Source: Puniceicoccales bacterium
GTDB lineage: Bacteria > Verrucomicrobiota > Verrucomicrobiia > Opitutales > JAIRKQ01
Length of the DNA stretch: 49,261 nt
Direction: 5' to 3'
Assembly (NCBI GenBank): GCA_031258695.1
Contig: JAIRMM010000040.1
Coordinates: 1 to 49,261 of the forward strand
The notes under the pieces were generated by a model. The model was given only the letters and a program-made list of their open reading frames with translations. It searched no databases and was not told the origin of the DNA. How positions within the stretch are numbered: the first letter of the stretch is position 1; the number at the start of each line of letters is the position of its first letter. Of this stretch, positions 45,671 to 49,261 are shown in pieces. The position numbers and the translations under genes are program-made.

Positions 45671-45990
45671 CCTATGATCGTTGTCCTTGGAAATGGCATT
45701 TGGTGGGTAGTCCATTTCCTCTTGTCTGCCATCTTTTTGTCTGCTTTTATCAAAAAAGATAACCATAACAGAATGTCGCTAGGTTTTTTCTAGGGCATGT
45801 CCCAGAACTTTTCAATGCTTTTAAAAAACATTCCAAAACATAAAAATGCAATGTTTTAAAAGTTTTTTATTAAATCTTTCAAAACTATTCTTTTTTTTGT
45901 TGATTTCTAATCTTTTGTGTGCTATGTAGTGATTCATGTACACCATATATAGTTACGTGAAATTTTAGTGAAAGGAGATAATTTAATTTT

Positions 45991-48525
45991 ATGGATATAG
46001 AAAGAAATGACGACAATATGCAATTTCCATCATCTACCGAAAGTTCTGGGGATGAACTAGGAAACAATCTCAGACCAGCGAATAGAGTAGGGCCAAATCC
46101 AGCTGGAGGTCAAGGAATTGAGCTGGAATTTCCACTGGGTGGACGGCAAGTGGAAGCTAACCTAGCTGATCGGGAGCCAACGCTGGAAGCTCTTCAGGAA
46201 GCTTTTCAGGAAACTTTCCAGGCAATTGAAGGGGTATGCAATCAAGCAACACTGGCAACTGCAATTGCAGCAGTAAATAACCTTGTAGGGTTAGTGGCAA
46301 ATGTACGCGATCCAGAAGTACTAGAAGCCCTGAAAAATTTGATTAAACAGGCAGAGCGTAAGATAGAAAGAGAAAATTCTAGGGCTGACAGAACCGAAGA
46401 CCCACCTCTTAAAGTAGCAGCCATAACGAAAGCTGTACTGGTAGCTATACTGACGGAAGTGCAATTATTAGAAAGGAATCGAAGTGTGGGCAAAGCAAGG
46501 GAGAGAATGGACGCTCTGAAGCAAATTTTGGAGAATGCAGAAAGGCAAATTTTGGAGAATGCAGAACCTAGAGTTACAACAATGGAAAATTCAGTGTGTG
46601 CGCTGCAAAACTTATTCCGTGATATAAGGCATGATGTGTCAAAGGAATCCGCAAAAAAACTTGTAGAAAAATTTGTAGAAAAACTTGTAGAAAAACTTAA
46701 CGAAGGATTCAATTTGGAAGCAACACAGGAGATGCTAATAAGCATTGTATCGGGAACAGATCCAAAAACATGGGAGGGTCAATGGAAAATAGAATGGTCA
46801 ATGGAATACTTGCGCGATTCAATAGATGATGCAGATAGAGTTGCGACAGAAGATGACAATGATTTGGAAGTTAGAGTGAAGGCGGCATTTGAATCCTTAG
46901 TGCTAAAAATAGCACAGGAGTCACTGTCCGCGGTGGTGGGAGATTCACCCCCACCGATAGAGGTGTCGCGAAATGCAGCAGCAGCAGGAATGGAAACGCT
47001 GCTCGATGGTCGGTTAGAAGTAGTGGCAAGTAAAGATCCGGAAGAAAAAATGACAGCGATGTATGCCCTAGAAAGAAATGTACTGTACTGGGTAAGGGAG
47101 GAGATAAGTGCAGCAAAAAAAGATGCAAACGAAAAAAGGGAAAATGCACTAGGAGCAATACAAGCAGTTGAAAACGAAATTATGCAAGCTATACAAACAA
47201 ACGATTCAGAAAGACTGAAAACTGTACTGGGTAGACTAGAGGAGATTGCATCGGGAATAAATCCAAATATACTGAAAGCTGCAGTGAAGGAAATATTGAG
47301 AGGTGCTCGGAGGAAGCCAGAAATCGTGCAGTGGCAGGCAATACTATTACCGCTAGAAGTACTTAACGCTGTGCTGGAAGGAACAAACGATCCAGCTATA
47401 CGGACAAGTGTGCTGCATGCGGGACTAGATTGGGCGGGTCAATTATTCGATGAGGTATTGGGGGAACCATCAATGGAACAACAAATAAACACGCTAAGAG
47501 ACGCATTAGGGAGCGTATCGGCAGCAGTACAGGAAGCAATATGGAAAGCTGAAGATGATTCAGCTGCTCCGGAATCAGAATCTGAAGGTAATTCAACTCC
47601 TCCTCCTCCGGATTCAGAATTAGAACCTCTTCCAAGACATGCTCCGGAACCTCTTTCAGAATCTGCTCCGGATTCAGAATCAGAATCTGAAGGTAATGCA
47701 ACTACTACTCCTCCGGATTCAGAATCAGAACCTCTTCCAAGACATGCTCCGGAACCTCCTCCAGGACATGCTCCAGATGTAGCACATGTATATGTAGTAA
47801 GGATACAAGAAGCTGTTCGGGCTATAGCTGCAGCGGGACCAGGAGCTGTTCAGGCTATAGCTGCTTTTTGGAACTTTATACAGAAGTATGTCCAAACGTG
47901 TTCCTTTGTTCTCTTAATTGCTTCATCAGTGTCTTCGCTATTGCCGTCAAAAATAGTAACAGTACTGGCAAAACTAGTATGGGTAACACGGATAGCAAAC
48001 TTGATAAATGCGGGAGGGTTTGCCCTTAGGATAATCAAGTTGATAGTAGATAACCGGCAGTATATAAAAGATCATCCTTTTAGATGCTTAGTAGGGGCAA
48101 TGGTTGCTGTAGTAGCAGTTTATGCAATAGTACCTATGTTTTGTGGACCAGGAGTGTTAAACTTACTGAGTGAAGTATCTACAATATTCTCGATAGGCGA
48201 ATGGGTAATGAATAGCCTTCCGGCAATCCAGGGGTGGATAAGAGGACATCCCTATAAATTCGCAGCGATGGCGGCTGTAATTATACTAGTGCCTCTATTT
48301 TATAAAATGGGATTATGGACACAGTTAACAGGGCTAATAAAAAACTTGTTGGAAAAAACACCAAAGGATGATACTACCATCCCGCCTATCATCCCGCCTA
48401 TCATCCCGCCTATCGCGTCGCATACCCCGCCTATCATCCCGCCTACCCCACCTAAAATTTCCAAATCTTTTTGTACAGCAAATGCTAGTGATTTTAGGTC
48501 AAAGTCGCCGTTCGGTAACCGGTAA
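45991..48525 (+). CDS. Hypothetical 844-aa protein: long helical N-terminal region, acidic Ser/Glu/Pro repeat, cluster of TM helices and a C-terminal PPII repeat
   Basis: ATG with an AAAGGAG SD upstream. The hydrophobic block spans about aa 605-775 (FVLLIASSVSSLL, LVGAMVAVVAVYAIVPMF, FAAMAAVIILVPLFY). The C-terminus reads IPPIIPPIIPPIASHTPPIIPPTPP. No known motif was recognised. Confidence 0.8.
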   Translation: MDIERNDDNMQFPSSTESSGDELGNNLRPANRVGPNPAGGQGIELEFPLGGRQVEANLADREPTLEALQEAFQETFQAIEGVCNQATLATAIAAVNNLVGLVANVRDPEVLEALKNLIKQAERKIERENSRADRTEDPPLKVAAITKAVLVAILTEVQLLERNRSVGKARERMDALKQILENAERQILENAEPRVTTMENSVCALQNLFRDIRHDVSKESAKKLVEKFVEKLVEKLNEGFNLEATQEMLISIVSGTDPKTWEGQWKIEWSMEYLRDSIDDADRVATEDDNDLEVRVKAAFESLVLKIAQESLSAVVGDSPPPIEVSRNAAAAGMETLLDGRLEVVASKDPEEKMTAMYALERNVLYWVREEISAAKKDANEKRENALGAIQAVENEIMQAIQTNDSERLKTVLGRLEEIASGINPNILKAAVKEILRGARRKPEIVQWQAILLPLEVLNAVLEGTNDPAIRTSVLHAGLDWAGQLFDEVLGEPSMEQQINTLRDALGSVSAAVQEAIWKAEDDSAAPESESEGNSTPPPPDSELEPLPRHAPEPLSESAPDSESESEGNATTTPPDSESEPLPRHAPEPPPGHAPDVAHVYVVRIQEAVRAIAAAGPGAVQAIAAFWNFIQKYVQTCSFVLLIASSVSSLLPSKIVTVLAKLVWVTRIANLINAGGFALRIIKLIVDNRQYIKDHPFRCLVGAMVAVVAVYAIVPMFCGPGVLNLLSEVSTIFSIGEWVMNSLPAIQGWIRGHPYKFAAMAAVIILVPLFYKMGLWTQLTGLIKNLLEKTPKDDTTIPPIIPPIIPPIASHTPPIIPPTPPKISKSFCTANASDFRSKSPFGNR
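47566..47765 (+). repeat. Two tandem 99-bp coding repeats (acidic Ser/Glu/Pro linker)
   Basis: gctccgga(a/t)tcagaa...gaacctcttccaagacatgctccggaacct occurs at 47566 and 47665. It encodes APxSESESEGNxT..PPDSExEPLPRHAPEP. Confidence 0.85.
48379..48453 (+). repeat. 12-bp coding microsatellite (atcatcccgcct)n encoding (IIPP)n
   Basis: atcccgcctatcatcccgcctatcatcccgcctatc...ccgcctatcatcccgcctaccccacct is read directly from the sequence. Confidence 0.9.
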
Positions 48526-48635
48526 TAAGGTTTGGTCGTAGGAGGAAGTTAAGCTTGTGAAATCTGTAATTTCACTCGATAATTTCCTCCAAGGTTGAAT
48601 CGACAAACAACTTTGGTTTTTAGGTTGGTTTACCA

Positions 48636-48686
48636 TTTACCCCAAGGAATTTCCAATGTTGGGAATTCCCTGGGGTAAATGTTTTT
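48636..48686 (+). terminator. Intrinsic terminator after the 844-aa gene
   Basis: TTTACCCCAAGGAATTTCC-aatgtt-GGGAATTCCCTGGGGTAAA pairs 17 of 19 positions and is followed by TGTTTTT. Confidence 0.7.
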
Positions 48687-48965
48687 AATAGGATCAATCT
48701 GCGCATCATTGTTTCATGGCACATTTTTGGTCGCAACTCCATAGATGGTCATCTTTTGCACGATCCAATGACGTTGGATAGCTTTGCCCATATTAACTCG
48801 CTAATGGTAAGAACACAAAGTGCTTGAAGTAAAATCATGGAGCAAACTTCAACCCGAGATAATACCACCGCCACATCTTTTTACCAATGCATATTTATAA
48901 GATTTTTACACTAAAATGAACAAAAAGCTTGACTTACTGCCATTGAACAGTTTTAACTCATTTCC

Positions 48966-49261
48966 ATGTTAGGACATATGCAATATTTGGTTCAATATTT
49001 TTCCAGGCTATTCATCATAAGTTGCCCCTTGGCAATCATTGCACTTTTTGTAAGCATGACAGCTCCCTACACATTAGCTGAACGTGTTCGGGCAGCCAAA
49101 GTGGGAACTTTCGTGGCCTATGGCACGGCACTGTTTTTCGCAATAGTAGGCGAAAAGTTTTTTGAATTTCTTGGGGTCACAATGGGATCCTTTTGCATAA
49201 CCGGAGGTATCATTCTAACCCTACTGGGCATATCGATGCTCAATTCCAATGACATGGATAA
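48966..49261 (+). CDS. MarC-family (UPF0056) integral membrane protein, 5' part; the gene runs off the right edge
   Basis: It is absent from the ORF track because no stop codon lies in the window. The translation from the ATG at 48966 is MLGHMQYLVQYFSRLFIISCPLAIIALFVSMTAPYTLAERVRAAKVGTFVAYGTALFFAIVGEKFFEFLGVTMGSFCITGGIILTLLGISMLNS. This matches the MarC pattern (...R...A......G..IL..FGI....F.IAGGIIL..IG..ML). Confidence 0.65.
   Translation, partial: MLGHMQYLVQYFSRLFIISCPLAIIALFVSMTAPYTLAERVRAAKVGTFVAYGTALFFAIVGEKFFEFLGVTMGSFCITGGIILTLLGISMLNSNDMD

Overview
This is a 49.3-kb chromosomal window. I saw no rRNA, CRISPR array, transposase or integrase. I can support about 30 protein-coding genes, three tRNAs (Gly-GCC, Leu-CAA, Ser-GGA) and one tRNA-Ser-like remnant.

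The recognisable genes are housekeeping or metabolic:
- Fermentation: a CoA-acylating aldehyde dehydrogenase and an [FeFe]-hydrogenase-like protein.
- Transport and envelope: a CPA2 cation/proton antiporter with RCK_C domains, an MFS transporter, a beta-barrel outer-membrane protein, a PVC-style prepilin-type protein and a MarC fragment.
- Cofactors: a SemiSWEET gene overlapping a thiamine pyrophosphokinase gene, and bioD-bioA-bioB.
- Translation, RNA and proteolysis: 7TM-HD (PgpH-like), ybeY, hpf, dus, efp and clpP.
- Other: a HIT protein, a HAD hydrolase and an Asp/Glu racemase.

A chlamydia/rickettsia-type ATP/ADP translocase sits alongside anaerobic fermentation genes and a Verrucomicrobia/Planctomycetes-like pseudopilin. 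I infer from this a host-associated, possibly intracellular, PVC-type bacterium from an anoxic habitat. This is not proven.

Between the ordinary genes are large, repetitive genes with no recognisable function that look like effector or surface genes:
- A 9.7-kb gene for a 3,227-aa protein. Its only recognisable part is an SF2-like P-loop NTPase core.
- A 1,339-aa protein with about 20 tandem 37-41-aa helical repeats and an unassigned C-terminal domain.
- An 844-aa protein with a helical region, an acidic repeat, a TM cluster and a PPII repeat.
- An internally duplicated 436-aa protein with two Ala/Gly/Ile-rich hydrophobic lobes.
- A 1,194-aa autotransporter built from tandem repeats.

A conserved element of about 77 bp, carrying a perfect 10-bp palindrome, precedes both the 1,339-aa and the 844-aa gene.

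All functional calls come from motifs read in the translations. No database search was run.
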